From the sequence record MN445185.1: 64,000 bases of DNA; one strand, given 5' to 3'. Positions 9,809 through 20,054 of this stretch are shown piece by piece. The notes beneath the pieces were generated by a model that was not told where the DNA came from, made no database searches, and was given only the letters and a program-made list of their open reading frames with translations. Numbering within the stretch: position 1 is the first letter of the stretch; every line of letters starts with the position of its first letter. The stretch is from Escherichia phage vB_EcoM_EC001. The translations under genes were made by a program, and so were the position numbers.

Positions 9809-11090
9809 CTATCTGGTCGCTGCGTGTAAAGCAGAAGCTTGGCGTAGACTGGTGTGGCGTATTGCGGTTTTCAACGTGGCAATCTTTAATGAAAAAGGTG
9901 AGCCACCTGAGCAATACGACCTGAACTATATTGACGGCTTGCCCCACTACTGGGAAAACGAAGAAATTAAATGGGTGCCGATTGAAGGGTGCAAAAAAGA
10001 TGAAGAGCTGTTCGTGCCAGAAGAGCAGTTTGAATTGCGTCCTGAGATGTACCCAGGTTTAGCTGGTCCCATTCCGACTACCGTGGGTCGCTATGTCTTT
10101 AACTGGATTGCTATCTATTACGCTTTCGGTACCCGTCTCCCGTATCTGGCAGAGTCTCGTGACCCACTAGCCTACCGTAAAGAGATGTATGAGCGTTGTG
10201 TGGAATATGATGACAGCGATCCAGACAACGAAGACGCGATTCGACCGTACATGATAGGACGCTTTGTAGGGGGTCTACACGAGCTTGCTCCGTTGTGTCG
10301 TGGGATTGCCCCAACAGGAACTATTAGAAGCCTTACAACGCATCCTGACGCGTATAAGGTACGAGATGCGTTGCTGTTGAAGCACAAAGACGAACTGGAT
10401 AACCCTGCGGTTATCGTTATGATTGAAAAAGCTCTCGATGAACTTGATAAAGAGTGGTTGAGTGGCGACCAGTCCGTTGAGTTCTACAGCTCTCCTAAAG
10501 CGCGTATGCGTCGCCGTAAGCTGATGCTGATGTACGGTATTCAGACCGCTTTTAAAGAAGGTGCAGATTTTACCTTAATCCCAACGAGCCTGATGGAAGT
10601 TGATCAGACCGGGATGAAGTATCTGGTAGAGAAATTCAATGATACGCGAGAAGGTTCCTTCATGCGTGGTGCAGAAACTGCCAAGGGCGGGGAGCAAGTA
10701 CGTATCATCCAGATGATCTTCCAGAACCACAAAATCGTGCCTGGTGATTGCGGGACAAAACTGACACATGCAGTTGTAATTAACCAGTATAACTACAAGC
10801 GTTATGTTGGCATGAACGCGATGGTTAACGGTAAAGTTACCCAACTCACCGAAGAGTATTTGAAAACGCAATTTGGTAAAGTTGTTCGACTCCGCCGACC
10901 CATCTTATGTCAGCAAGGTCACGTAGACTGTTGTGCGGCGTGCTCCTCTGCACACAAAGCAGAAGAGCCACGGGCAATCGCTGCGGATATCTCTTCCGGC
11001 TTCTCGAACGTTATGACCACTGCAATGGGTGCGATGCACGGTCGTGAAACCGTGGTTAAAGAGTACATCCCTAAATTCCACATCACCTAA
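9792..11090 (+). CDS. hypothetical protein (432 aa)
   Basis: GGAGG SD at 9784-9788; overlaps upstream gene end; Cys-rich C-terminus. Confidence 0.75.
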   Translation: MMNKIDYLVAACKAEAWRRLVWRIAVFNVAIFNEKGEPPEQYDLNYIDGLPHYWENEEIKWVPIEGCKKDEELFVPEEQFELRPEMYPGLAGPIPTTVGRYVFNWIAIYYAFGTRLPYLAESRDPLAYRKEMYERCVEYDDSDPDNEDAIRPYMIGRFVGGLHELAPLCRGIAPTGTIRSLTTHPDAYKVRDALLLKHKDELDNPAVIVMIEKALDELDKEWLSGDQSVEFYSSPKARMRRRKLMLMYGIQTAFKEGADFTLIPTSLMEVDQTGMKYLVEKFNDTREGSFMRGAETAKGGEQVRIIQMIFQNHKIVPGDCGTKLTHAVVINQYNYKRYVGMNAMVNGKVTQLTEEYLKTQFGKVVRLRRPILCQQGHVDCCAACSSAHKAEEPRAIAADISSGFSNVMTTAMGAMHGRETVVKEYIPKFHIT

Positions 11091-11103
11091 GGATTGTTTC
11101 CTC

Positions 11104-11604
11104 ATGACTAAGAAAGACACTACTACCCTTGACCCGCGTACAGAAGGCGTGGTCCGTGATAGCGCTTCTTACAGCAACGACGACCAATATCGTGTTAAAC
11201 TGATCACCACGATGCTCGATGAAGCAGGTAACAATGCCGGTCCACGCAAAGCATCTGGTACCCAGGCTGAGAAAGATGCGTATAATAAGCTGCATCACTC
11301 TTTCCGTGAGCTGTTTAAACTGCGCGGTCAGGCCTTCCTGGACGGTTTCTACGCCTTCGTAGAAGCGGCTAATAAGCATCGTAACGGTATTTTCTACGCA
11401 CCGGCTGCTAATAACCGTATCAGTGAGAACTTCCCGAATCGCGACGAGCGTGAAGTCTTCGTTATCTTTATTAACATGCTGATTCGTTACGCACGTTGCG
11501 CCGACAAAGGCCGTTTCCGTGATACCAACGATGTTGACCGTCTGGCTCGTCGCTTGAACGACCCGGACCTGCGTTCGCTGGTTATGCACGCCTTTGGCGG
11601 TTAA
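11104..11604 (+). CDS. hypothetical protein (166 aa)
   Basis: ATG 11104 just after upstream stop (the track start 11029 would overlap it); followed by terminator. Confidence 0.65.
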   Translation: MTKKDTTTLDPRTEGVVRDSASYSNDDQYRVKLITTMLDEAGNNAGPRKASGTQAEKDAYNKLHHSFRELFKLRGQAFLDGFYAFVEAANKHRNGIFYAPAANNRISENFPNRDEREVFVIFINMLIRYARCADKGRFRDTNDVDRLARRLNDPDLRSLVMHAFGG

Positions 11605-11613
11605 ATAAAAGTA

Positions 11614-11650
11614 CCTCTCTACCCTAGGGTAGAGAGGCCTTTCTTTTTTT
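11614..11650. terminator. bidirectional rho-independent terminator between convergent genes
   Basis: CCTCTCTACCC/GGGTAGAGAGG hairpin flanked by A-run upstream and T-run downstream. Confidence 0.75.
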
Positions 11651-11653
11651 GTT

Positions 11654-13438
11654 TTAGAACCCGCAGATGTACTCCATAGGCTCTGTCACTACTTCCCCTT
11701 GCTTACGTAAGAACGTAGACAGGACAGTGTCTTTGTCCGGTAAGCAGAAGAAGTCTGTCGCTATTTCCATGGCATTAACTCGCCCAGCAGTTAAGTTGAC
11801 GCCCGTGCGACGTCGAATCTCTTCACTAACCCCATTGATGGACAGTAGTTCGATGAGTGTGGTCTCACGAGACTGGTTCATCATGTTTGTGGCCGAAGGG
11901 TAGGCCTGGGTTAAGTCCGCATCCGCAGTTTGTCCACGGAACGCAGAGTAATATTCGTCAATCTCCTCCAGAATGTTATTCAGACCGTTCTCAGCATTCA
12001 TACATGCTGTCAGGGTAACAATCCAACCGTCTGTACCGATAACCTCTTCATCGTAATCGTTACGCATTGCAGACCCTACGGAACCGATGACGTATCCTTT
12101 GTCATACAGATAATAGGTAAAGGCCACACAGATACGTTTTGGTAACGACGGGAAGATATCGTACATCGAGAAACCTGCCAGAATGGATATTGCTGAAGAC
12201 AAGTCGTTCGTCTTCTTATCCAACAACACGATTAACAAGTTATCCATCATGTTGTATACGGCATATTCGGCAGGGTAGTCCCGTTGTGCTTTTATGTGCC
12301 ATTGCAGGTTATCTTCATACGGCAGTCCAGGAATGTCGAGTTTGTGTAAACCGAGTTCGGTGTACAGTATGGCAGATAACTTGTACGAAGGACGTTGCCC
12401 TTCGTGGACACGCAACGAACGGAATAACACCATGGCATCCACACAGTAGAAAGACGCAGTACAGTAGAGTACGTGCCACTGTTGAGACGGTGCTTTGGTG
12501 AGTGACTTGGATTCCGTCTTTTTGTTCGCCTGGTCTTCTTTAAACCACAGACGACGGTATTTCTCCGGAACATCCGGATGGTTAAAGACGCCCAGTGGAT
12601 CGATACCTTCTTTCTGCAAGGTTTCCAACATGCGTGAAATATCGAACTGGTGGTTCCATGCGACCAGCAAATCAGGAAGACGTGGATGAATTTCTTCGAA
12701 CATCCTGACGATGCACTGCCCTGCCGTAGCGCAGGTATAGGTGAATATTTTATAACCGCTGATAATGTCTTTGGTCTTTGTCACCTTTTCGCCAGTCTTT
12801 TTGTCTTTCTCATCGAATTCGATTTTGCTTAAGAGTTCCTGCGCTTTTTTGAGAATGACTTCTTCCGCGTTTTTACCGATGCGGTCCATGTAGTTCTTAG
12901 CACCAAAGAAATGGATTTCGTCGTCTAAGATAAACGACACGATCCACGGTTCCTTCGTGCCGTCCATTTCGTTGGTCTCCACGTCGTATACGCAAAGACG
13001 GTTAGGGCTGATGTTGTTCGGCCAGCGCTTTAAGTATTTCTGTTTAATCCAGCTGGTAATCGGTAAGTCGGCCCAATAAACGTACGGGCTAGTACAGACT
13101 CGGCGCAGGTTCTTTTTCGGGTCAGGGAAACGTGCACCTAAACCCATCTGCAACGTCTTCGCCATCTGCGCATCAGTAGTCCAGAGTTCTTGACATTTTC
13201 CTTTTTCTTCGAACTCTTTTTTCTCCTGGTGGTTACGATATTCTTCACGGGTAACGTACACCGGACGCTTTAAATTCTCACGCATTACCAAGCGCGGGAT
13301 AAGCCTGCCATCCTTAGTATGGATGACCTCTTTGATGAGGACAAAGTCATTTTCTTTTTCTTCGTCCGTCGCATAAGCGACGTGCTTGCACTCTTTAGCG
13401 ATGACATCCTCGGGTGCGTAATAGGTATTGATTTCCAT
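11654..13438 (-). CDS. family-B DNA polymerase N-terminal fragment: 3'-5' exonuclease domain plus polymerase motif A (594 aa)
   Basis: Exo I YDVETNEMDG, Exo II VAWNHQFDISRML, Exo III YAVYNMMDNL, motif A-like DADLTQAYPS; no motif C (YGDTDS) before the stop. Confidence 0.7.
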   Translation of the reverse strand: MEINTYYAPEDVIAKECKHVAYATDEEKENDFVLIKEVIHTKDGRLIPRLVMRENLKRPVYVTREEYRNHQEKKEFEEKGKCQELWTTDAQMAKTLQMGLGARFPDPKKNLRRVCTSPYVYWADLPITSWIKQKYLKRWPNNISPNRLCVYDVETNEMDGTKEPWIVSFILDDEIHFFGAKNYMDRIGKNAEEVILKKAQELLSKIEFDEKDKKTGEKVTKTKDIISGYKIFTYTCATAGQCIVRMFEEIHPRLPDLLVAWNHQFDISRMLETLQKEGIDPLGVFNHPDVPEKYRRLWFKEDQANKKTESKSLTKAPSQQWHVLYCTASFYCVDAMVLFRSLRVHEGQRPSYKLSAILYTELGLHKLDIPGLPYEDNLQWHIKAQRDYPAEYAVYNMMDNLLIVLLDKKTNDLSSAISILAGFSMYDIFPSLPKRICVAFTYYLYDKGYVIGSVGSAMRNDYDEEVIGTDGWIVTLTACMNAENGLNNILEEIDEYYSAFRGQTADADLTQAYPSATNMMNQSRETTLIELLSINGVSEEIRRRTGVNLTAGRVNAMEIATDFFCLPDKDTVLSTFLRKQGEVVTEPMEYICGF

Positions 13439-13461
13439 GGTCTACTCTCAAATATGGTGTC

Positions 13462-13470
13462 TGCTATACT
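13462..13470 (+). promoter_or_regulatory. possible host sigma70 extended -10 element (TGcTATACT)
   Basis: TGnTATACT about 40 nt upstream of ATG 13509 in a divergent intergenic region; no clear -35. Confidence 0.3.
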
Positions 13471-13508
13471 GATTTGTGGGTAACGTATTTTCTAAAAGGA
13501 ACGTCTAA

Positions 13509-14861
13509 ATGGGACACTGGCAAAAGCACATAACCTCGTTGGCCGACGCGAAAGCCGTGGCCTCGGAATCCATCGGATTCCAAGATAAAAAGAAACTCGC
13601 CTCTTTGGCGGAAGTGGTACGTAAGTTCCGTGATGCGGGCGACTTCTCGCCAGCGGGTTATCAGAGTTCTGGTATTGCTGCCTGGGTCTTTGACAACAAC
13701 GGTATTACAGTCCTGCCTCGTAACGGGTCCGACTTAGGTGTGGCGGACGTTGTGTTTGCGGGTGTGGAGCCGCCGAAGCTCGACGCGAACAACCCAATCA
13801 TCGCCGACCTGCAACGCAAGATGGTGCAGGGTAACATCGACCTGGATGTCTACAGTAAGTTCTTAAAAGAGAACGAGCTGAACGGCGAGTTCGACGATAA
13901 AAATGCGAAGCTTTCAGGCGAACTCAGCAAGGTGCCGTCCCCACTTTGGCTGACCCCGAAACTACTGACCGGTATCGAGTTAACGGATTTAGAAGTCGCG
14001 GCGATAATTCTGCATGAAGTCGGCCACGTCTATTACTATTTCCGTACCTTGATGCGTACGGTGGTAACGAACCTGATTGCGGATGCTGCAGCGAACCGCA
14101 TGATGCAAACCGAAGACCCGACAGTGCGTTTAAAAGTCGTAAAAGACGTTGAACGTATGCTGAACACCAAAGTGAATCAGCCGGAAACTATCTGCAAAGA
14201 GATGTCTAAAGAGAACATCTACATGCATCTGGTGACAGACATTCTGCTTGAGCGTCCGTTTGTTACCGGTTCGGAAGGGTTCGCTAACCGTACCTGGGAA
14301 CGTGCTGCGGATGACTTCGCAGCTCGCTTTGGTGCAGCCCCGTACCTGGCGTCAGCCTTGTACAAAATCGAAACGTCCCAATTCTATCTCTGCCGGAACG
14401 CGTCGTACATGAACTACGGTGTGCATCTGATGCTGGAAATGCTTAACGTTTCGCTGCTGATTGTGGCTTCGACTAATCCAGTTGGCCTGTTCTTCACGAC
14501 TATCTCGGTGGCGTTCGGTCTGATTGTGAACGACCCACGCAACACCATCTACGATCCGCCGCAGGAACGTTTTGAGACGATGCGTCGTAACTTAGTGGAG
14601 GAGCTGAACACCTTAAAAGGCAGCACCACGAAAGAAGCGAACGAACACCGTAAACGTATTCTGCAGGGCATTGCGTCTATCGACGAATTACTGAAAACCG
14701 TGAAAGACAAAGACAACGTCTTTAGCTTCATCATGAAAACGCTGACCCCTGGCGGTCGCCGTGAGCGTGCTGGGGTGGATTATCAGCGTACGATGGAGCG
14801 CTATCTTTCTAATGACCTGCGTGTGGCTTCTGCGAAGCTTAGTCAGGCGACTTCTTCCTAA
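13509..14861 (+). CDS. putative zinc metallopeptidase-like protein (HExxH motif) (450 aa)
   Basis: AAIILHEVGHVYYYF contains HEVGH in a hydrophobic context; AAAGGA SD. Confidence 0.65.
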   Translation: MGHWQKHITSLADAKAVASESIGFQDKKKLASLAEVVRKFRDAGDFSPAGYQSSGIAAWVFDNNGITVLPRNGSDLGVADVVFAGVEPPKLDANNPIIADLQRKMVQGNIDLDVYSKFLKENELNGEFDDKNAKLSGELSKVPSPLWLTPKLLTGIELTDLEVAAIILHEVGHVYYYFRTLMRTVVTNLIADAAANRMMQTEDPTVRLKVVKDVERMLNTKVNQPETICKEMSKENIYMHLVTDILLERPFVTGSEGFANRTWERAADDFAARFGAAPYLASALYKIETSQFYLCRNASYMNYGVHLMLEMLNVSLLIVASTNPVGLFFTTISVAFGLIVNDPRNTIYDPPQERFETMRRNLVEELNTLKGSTTKEANEHRKRILQGIASIDELLKTVKDKDNVFSFIMKTLTPGGRRERAGVDYQRTMERYLSNDLRVASAKLSQATSS

Positions 14862-14876
14862 GTAAGGGTACTTAAC

Positions 14877-15320
14877 ATGACGCATAAAGTTTCTTTAAAT
14901 AACCTGGTACTGGATTTCAAACGTACCAACGAAGGGAAAGGTGTACACGCCCAGCGTGCTTTGACCGGCCTGGTTGCTTTCTCACTGGCGTATAACGCGG
15001 TACTGGCTGATAATGGTCAATATGGCGCTGCAGAGGCCGCTGGGACGTTTTTACGTCCGGTAATGCGTAATATCGTCTCTGACGTTAACGAGCTGTACTG
15101 TGTTGATTTGGGCGTGATTGAGGACATGACCGTGGGTCTGTACTGCAATCGTTACTGCAACGTGTATGGCGGCGCTAAAGCTCTGGAAAGTTTCTCAGTT
15201 CGTGAGATTTTCAACCAGGCACTCGGGGAAGATATCTGGGAAACCGTTGGTCTGTGGATTAGCCGCTTTATGGAAGTGGTTGGTTTCTACATGGCAGAAC
15301 TGAAAGGGCAAATTTCATGA
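14877..15320 (+). CDS. hypothetical protein (147 aa)
   Basis: TAAGGG SD; downstream gene start overlaps its stop (ATGA). Confidence 0.65.
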   Translation: MTHKVSLNNLVLDFKRTNEGKGVHAQRALTGLVAFSLAYNAVLADNGQYGAAEAAGTFLRPVMRNIVSDVNELYCVDLGVIEDMTVGLYCNRYCNVYGGAKALESFSVREIFNQALGEDIWETVGLWISRFMEVVGFYMAELKGQIS

Positions 15321-17050
15321 GCATGGAAATGACAGGTAACGCCACCCACCCCAAATGGCGTTTGGGGGAGATCGGTGAAGTCCTGCGTTCACGTATGGCC
15401 GAGCGTATTGATTCTGTCAACCAGCTCAATCTGTACATGCAACGCAACGAAGCCGACCTAATCTACGGCTCTCGACTGATTCTGCAAATTGACGCGATTC
15501 TTGACGAAGTGCGTCGCGCAGGTCTGTCGAAAGATGTCGCTGTCGCTGTTGAATCTTCTCGCCCAGGTACAATTCCCGAAGCCGTTCGCAAAATCCTGAC
15601 TTCGAACTATACCCGCACGCACCAGAAAGAGACTATTGTTGCGCTCGAATCCTGGGCAAATGCAGGTAAAGTGGGATTGGTTGTGCTGATCATGACCGCG
15701 ATTATCAAAATCATCGGTTGGATTATCAGCAACGGTAACGGGTTTGCTGGTAATGGCGAATTCGATGGCGAAGGTTACGCTGAGAAAGTCGGCGAAAAAG
15801 CAGAGAGTTTCTCCCAGACCGAAAATACTATCATCGGTCAGCTGAAAATCAGCGCAGTGAAAGATGCATACATCGAAGCCTCTAAGGGTCTGAAAGGTCG
15901 TGACCTGGAAAACCTGAACTTGGCTATCGCGATGGCCGACGAAGTGTTTACGAACATGAACGCGGAAGAGTATCTGAACGACTTGAGCAGCGCGCTGGGT
16001 CGTTCGCCGTTCACTGAGTTGTTCAAAGGTTACACTAAGAAACGTCAGTCAAGCCAGCAGGTTATTCACGATCTGTTAGATACCCTGTTACAACACAACG
16101 TGACGTACGGTATCTACCCGATTGAAGTGGGTAAGAAAGCCTGGCAGGCGTTACCGAAGTCTGCTCGCGAAGCCGGTGTGCGTATTCCGAACCTGTTGAA
16201 CTTCCATCAGATGTCGAATGTTGCCAGCGAACTTATCGGTTACTTTGGCTCGCTCCAGAGTGCCTTTAAAGCGATGATTGACCCAAGCGTCGCCGAAGGT
16301 TTTAAGAATCAGCAAGGTTCAACCACCACGCACAACGGTAAGCAGGTTAACAAAGCAGCACACGACACCGCGCTTATTTTCGGTCAGGCGTTAGCGCAGC
16401 TGAACACCACGATGAACTTCATCATCAGCGACGTTTCCCGCAAAGGATTCGAATACGCCACTGCACCTTTGGTCGTTATCCCAGAAAACAAAGTTCGTGG
16501 TTTAGTGGGTTATGATGATGGTGTGGACTTCGTGCCTGGTAAGGTATTGGTCAACGCACAAGCATCTGCGTTCTTGGGACGCGAGTGCTTAGAGCAAATG
16601 CGCCAGGCAGGCACGTTATCGGTTGGTGACGAACGTGAGTTGCTGGCTGTAGTGGTAACGTTAGGTAAACAAGGCTTTACCAACGACACCGCTGCGACTA
16701 ACCTGAATCGTTACAGTGCGCTGGATAAGGCGGTTAACAACACGATTAAAGTGTTGGAGCAGTTCCAGAAAGCAACCAAGGATAACGTTGAATACGTTAA
16801 CCTGATTAGCGAAGTCATCATGAATGAGCTTAATCAGCCTTCTGGCCTGCGTACCGATGGTCGTGAACTCTCGATGGTGTTATTCTCCCCAGACGGGGAT
16901 GAAGACCTCTTCGTCGGCTTGCGACGTAACCTGTCGTTGGTGCGTCGTTGTTGCAGTGCTGCCGCTACATTGCAGACGATACTGAACCTGGCCAAACGTA
17001 ACCCGTTGGTGAAAGGCAATAATCGCAAAAACATGCTTGACGGCGAATAA
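15317..17050 (+). CDS. hypothetical protein with one predicted TM helix (577 aa)
   Basis: Long ORF, ATGA overlap with upstream gene; hydrophobic segment VGLVVLIMTAIIKIIGWII. Confidence 0.75.
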   Translation: MSMEMTGNATHPKWRLGEIGEVLRSRMAERIDSVNQLNLYMQRNEADLIYGSRLILQIDAILDEVRRAGLSKDVAVAVESSRPGTIPEAVRKILTSNYTRTHQKETIVALESWANAGKVGLVVLIMTAIIKIIGWIISNGNGFAGNGEFDGEGYAEKVGEKAESFSQTENTIIGQLKISAVKDAYIEASKGLKGRDLENLNLAIAMADEVFTNMNAEEYLNDLSSALGRSPFTELFKGYTKKRQSSQQVIHDLLDTLLQHNVTYGIYPIEVGKKAWQALPKSAREAGVRIPNLLNFHQMSNVASELIGYFGSLQSAFKAMIDPSVAEGFKNQQGSTTTHNGKQVNKAAHDTALIFGQALAQLNTTMNFIISDVSRKGFEYATAPLVVIPENKVRGLVGYDDGVDFVPGKVLVNAQASAFLGRECLEQMRQAGTLSVGDERELLAVVVTLGKQGFTNDTAATNLNRYSALDKAVNNTIKVLEQFQKATKDNVEYVNLISEVIMNELNQPSGLRTDGRELSMVLFSPDGDEDLFVGLRRNLSLVRRCCSAAATLQTILNLAKRNPLVKGNNRKNMLDGE

Positions 17051-17059
17051 AATAAAAGG

Positions 17060-17096
17060 CTACCCTCTCCTTCGGGAGAGGGTAGTGCTTTTTTTA
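17060..17096. terminator. bidirectional rho-independent terminator between convergent genes
   Basis: CTACCCTCTCC-TTCG-GGAGAGGGTAG hairpin flanked by A-run and T-run. Confidence 0.8.
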
Positions 17097-20054
17097 TTCT
17101 TTTTCGGTATCGTGACGGTTGTACGACAGTACGATGTCATCTTTCAAACCGATGTCGCCATTGGCTTCAATATCGAGCTTCTTACCAATTGTAGCTCGCG
17201 CTGCTTCGGTAATGACAGTGAACAGCCGCAGGTCTTTATCTGGCCCCATATCGTCGAGTTCAACACCGATAATGGCATCGTTAAGCGTATTGCGTAACGC
17301 ATTACCGATCTCGGTTGCTGAAACGGTCAGATGTGTTGACAGATAGTCGTTAATGACTTGCGAAGTCCGTTTCCGGATTTGTGCCAGAAGCTCGCTGTTT
17401 GCACGGTTCGCTGCAGTGAGGTAATATTTGACAGTGAACTGGTTTTCAGCAGGCAACGGTGACACAACCCCGTCTTCGGTACGTACGTCGATATAACCCA
17501 TCGTGGTGATAGGAACAAAGAAGCCTTCAGTTTGCTCCAACAGCAGCGGTTTCAGATTAGGCAGTACCACCGTAACATAGTTGATGATGTTGTCAATTAC
17601 GCTATCAAGGTACGTTTTAACCGCCTTCGAGGTTGCGAACTTATAACGGGCATCAAAGACAGCCATTTCACTACGGAACTTAATACTGCGCGGTTTCGCA
17701 ATAATAGGCTGACCGTTCCCGTCGAAGATTTGCTCCCCAACGTGGTGTGCGATTTCTTGTTCACCGGTGGCCGGGTCTATTTTCGGATCGCCTTTACGAT
17801 GCAGGTACGTGATTTGCAACGGTGGAACAGCATTAGGGTCGTACGTATACTCAGGCGTTACACCGTCGTCTTTGGTTTTAATAACATCCTTTTCCCAATA
17901 CGCCAGAACGTCCTTCTGGTAGTATTCGTAGTTTATGCTGTCCGTTACTGCACGTGCTTTTCGCCAGTAATAGGACATGGCTTTACCCAGCTCGATTTTG
18001 AAAATCTCATGAGTAATCCCAATACCATCGCGCGCAGGTGGTACAATCATTGTATCCATTTCAGCGCGTTCGTAATTACCGGGGTAGTAACCCGTACAGC
18101 CGTAGAACACGTTATACTCGGTTAACAACGGTACCGGAGTATCCACGTCCGCTTCGGTGGTGATTCGGGTGTTGTTGATAATCAGCTCATCGTTACGGTC
18201 AACATCGAGATTGGTTTTCAACAAGAATTCCCATACACGCTCCGAACCTTGACGACCCACTAAGGTGCCGTTGATGTACGCCAACTTACCGTCTGCGTTA
18301 CGCGGCGAGAAGGAAATCTGCGCAAAGACTTGGTCATCACTTAACGCCTGGTACGGCGGTTCTGACTTAGTCACAGTGCGCAGGATATAACCTTCGCTCG
18401 TTTTCTCAATCTGATAATCTGCAGTGACAACACTCAGCTCCGTTGTCACGTTGGTGCTAACGAAACGTTTTGAGTTCAACTGCGGTTTATCGAGTTGGTA
18501 AATACGAACATCGCAAGATTTGTTGTTAATGTCCACCACGTAATGGAACGGCGTGAACAGGTAACGGTTAGTGTTACCCGCGTTAACCAAATCTTCTTTA
18601 CGCATGGTCTTCGCAAGAATGGTCATCTCCGCATCGATTTGCAGACTGGTATCCGTAAAGCGATACAGCGTATCTGGCTCAATTGTCAAACGGTTGCCGT
18701 TAATACGGACCGTCGGCAGTTTCACCAGTTCATCCCAGCTAAAGTACAGCGGGGCGGTGATGGTCCCGATAGGGGAACTCACTTTAGATAACGTGGATTC
18801 CGGCATCGGCGCGGTCAGGAAGTAAGTACGCCCAGTTACGTAATCGTTCGGCTTAGACAAGGTCAGGCCGTAATCCGATACCGTGGCTTCTAACTGCTTC
18901 TCTGTTACTGGCAGTTTGCGAATCCCCACTGCATTGTTTACCACACGGTCACGCAACTCATCAAACGAAAGTTGTGTACGCCCCCCAGTGGCGTAACTGC
19001 CTTCTTCCGCAACCAACATTTTGATGGAGAATGATTTCAACGGGTTGATGTATCCCGCATCGTATTCACCGTTCAAGTCTCGCAATGAGAAGGTGTACTC
19101 GTCCGCCGGAAATGCAGAAACGTCGAGGTCGAGTGGGCCGATGGTCGTATATACGTCCATGCGGATTTCACCACTTACCAGGTTCTTCGCCATGTAGATA
19201 GACGGTATCGTACAGCGAATGGACTGGTTAACGACTTGAATCAGCGCCGTAGGTGTGTTTGGATCGTAAACGTCACGACTGTGCGTGTGGTGGATTTCTG
19301 TCCAGGTGTTTGAATTGGACGGTTTATTCCACACCCGTGCGTAGAAGAACTTGTTGGTGAACGTGCGCGTCATCACAAACGTGTTCTGCCCCAACAACGT
19401 ATCGTTCTCGTCCTTTACACTGTACTGCATCACCGGAATACGGATAGCCAGTATCTGCGACGGTGTGCTAGGAACACTTGTCAGTTCCCAGTCCAACGCG
19501 TTAGTGGTTACGGGCGATATCGGTGACTGGGTTTCGGTAATCCACAAGACCTGGAAGGCTGGATTATCAACGGTACCATACGGCAGCACTCGAATTTCGA
19601 TGGGATACTGAATGGCAAAGTTGTAACCTGAAACAGTAAAGACGGTATCCCGTGGAATCACGACTTTACGAATACCTGCCACGTTTAACGGCATCGCCTT
19701 CGCTAATAGAGAGTCGACATCTAGAAGCAGCAGTAAGGTCGCTTGTGATGGCTGGGCAAAAACATCGACATAATCCACGTCAGACATGTGGCGGAACAGA
19801 TCATCGTGAGTTTGTGCCATAGAGGGGAACATTTTCGGAATGGTGTCCCGATCGCCCTGGATAATCGTGTGGCCCATCGTAATTCCGACTTCGGTCATGT
19901 AGACCACCGGGTCGGTCGGGTCACGTAGCAGGATTTGCCCGTCGGCGTCCTGCACGTCTTGGAGCTGGTTCAGCATTAATGACTGCATTGCTGATGGGTT
20001 ATGTGCCATCAGCAGCAAGTCTTTCGATAATGCGTCGTACGTTTTCGTAGTCAT
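17094..20054 (-). CDS. hypothetical large protein, possibly virion structural (986 aa)
   Basis: Long ORF on minus strand, start overlaps upstream stop. Confidence 0.8.
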   Translation of the reverse strand: MTTKTYDALSKDLLLMAHNPSAMQSLMLNQLQDVQDADGQILLRDPTDPVVYMTEVGITMGHTIIQGDRDTIPKMFPSMAQTHDDLFRHMSDVDYVDVFAQPSQATLLLLLDVDSLLAKAMPLNVAGIRKVVIPRDTVFTVSGYNFAIQYPIEIRVLPYGTVDNPAFQVLWITETQSPISPVTTNALDWELTSVPSTPSQILAIRIPVMQYSVKDENDTLLGQNTFVMTRTFTNKFFYARVWNKPSNSNTWTEIHHTHSRDVYDPNTPTALIQVVNQSIRCTIPSIYMAKNLVSGEIRMDVYTTIGPLDLDVSAFPADEYTFSLRDLNGEYDAGYINPLKSFSIKMLVAEEGSYATGGRTQLSFDELRDRVVNNAVGIRKLPVTEKQLEATVSDYGLTLSKPNDYVTGRTYFLTAPMPESTLSKVSSPIGTITAPLYFSWDELVKLPTVRINGNRLTIEPDTLYRFTDTSLQIDAEMTILAKTMRKEDLVNAGNTNRYLFTPFHYVVDINNKSCDVRIYQLDKPQLNSKRFVSTNVTTELSVVTADYQIEKTSEGYILRTVTKSEPPYQALSDDQVFAQISFSPRNADGKLAYINGTLVGRQGSERVWEFLLKTNLDVDRNDELIINNTRITTEADVDTPVPLLTEYNVFYGCTGYYPGNYERAEMDTMIVPPARDGIGITHEIFKIELGKAMSYYWRKARAVTDSINYEYYQKDVLAYWEKDVIKTKDDGVTPEYTYDPNAVPPLQITYLHRKGDPKIDPATGEQEIAHHVGEQIFDGNGQPIIAKPRSIKFRSEMAVFDARYKFATSKAVKTYLDSVIDNIINYVTVVLPNLKPLLLEQTEGFFVPITTMGYIDVRTEDGVVSPLPAENQFTVKYYLTAANRANSELLAQIRKRTSQVINDYLSTHLTVSATEIGNALRNTLNDAIIGVELDDMGPDKDLRLFTVITEAARATIGKKLDIEANGDIGLKDDIVLSYNRHDTEKE

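Noticed and set aside
17532-18125. 197-aa plus-strand ORF inside the 986-aa minus-strand gene
   Set aside because: Embedded in a longer ORF belonging to a coherent minus-strand operon; no SD.
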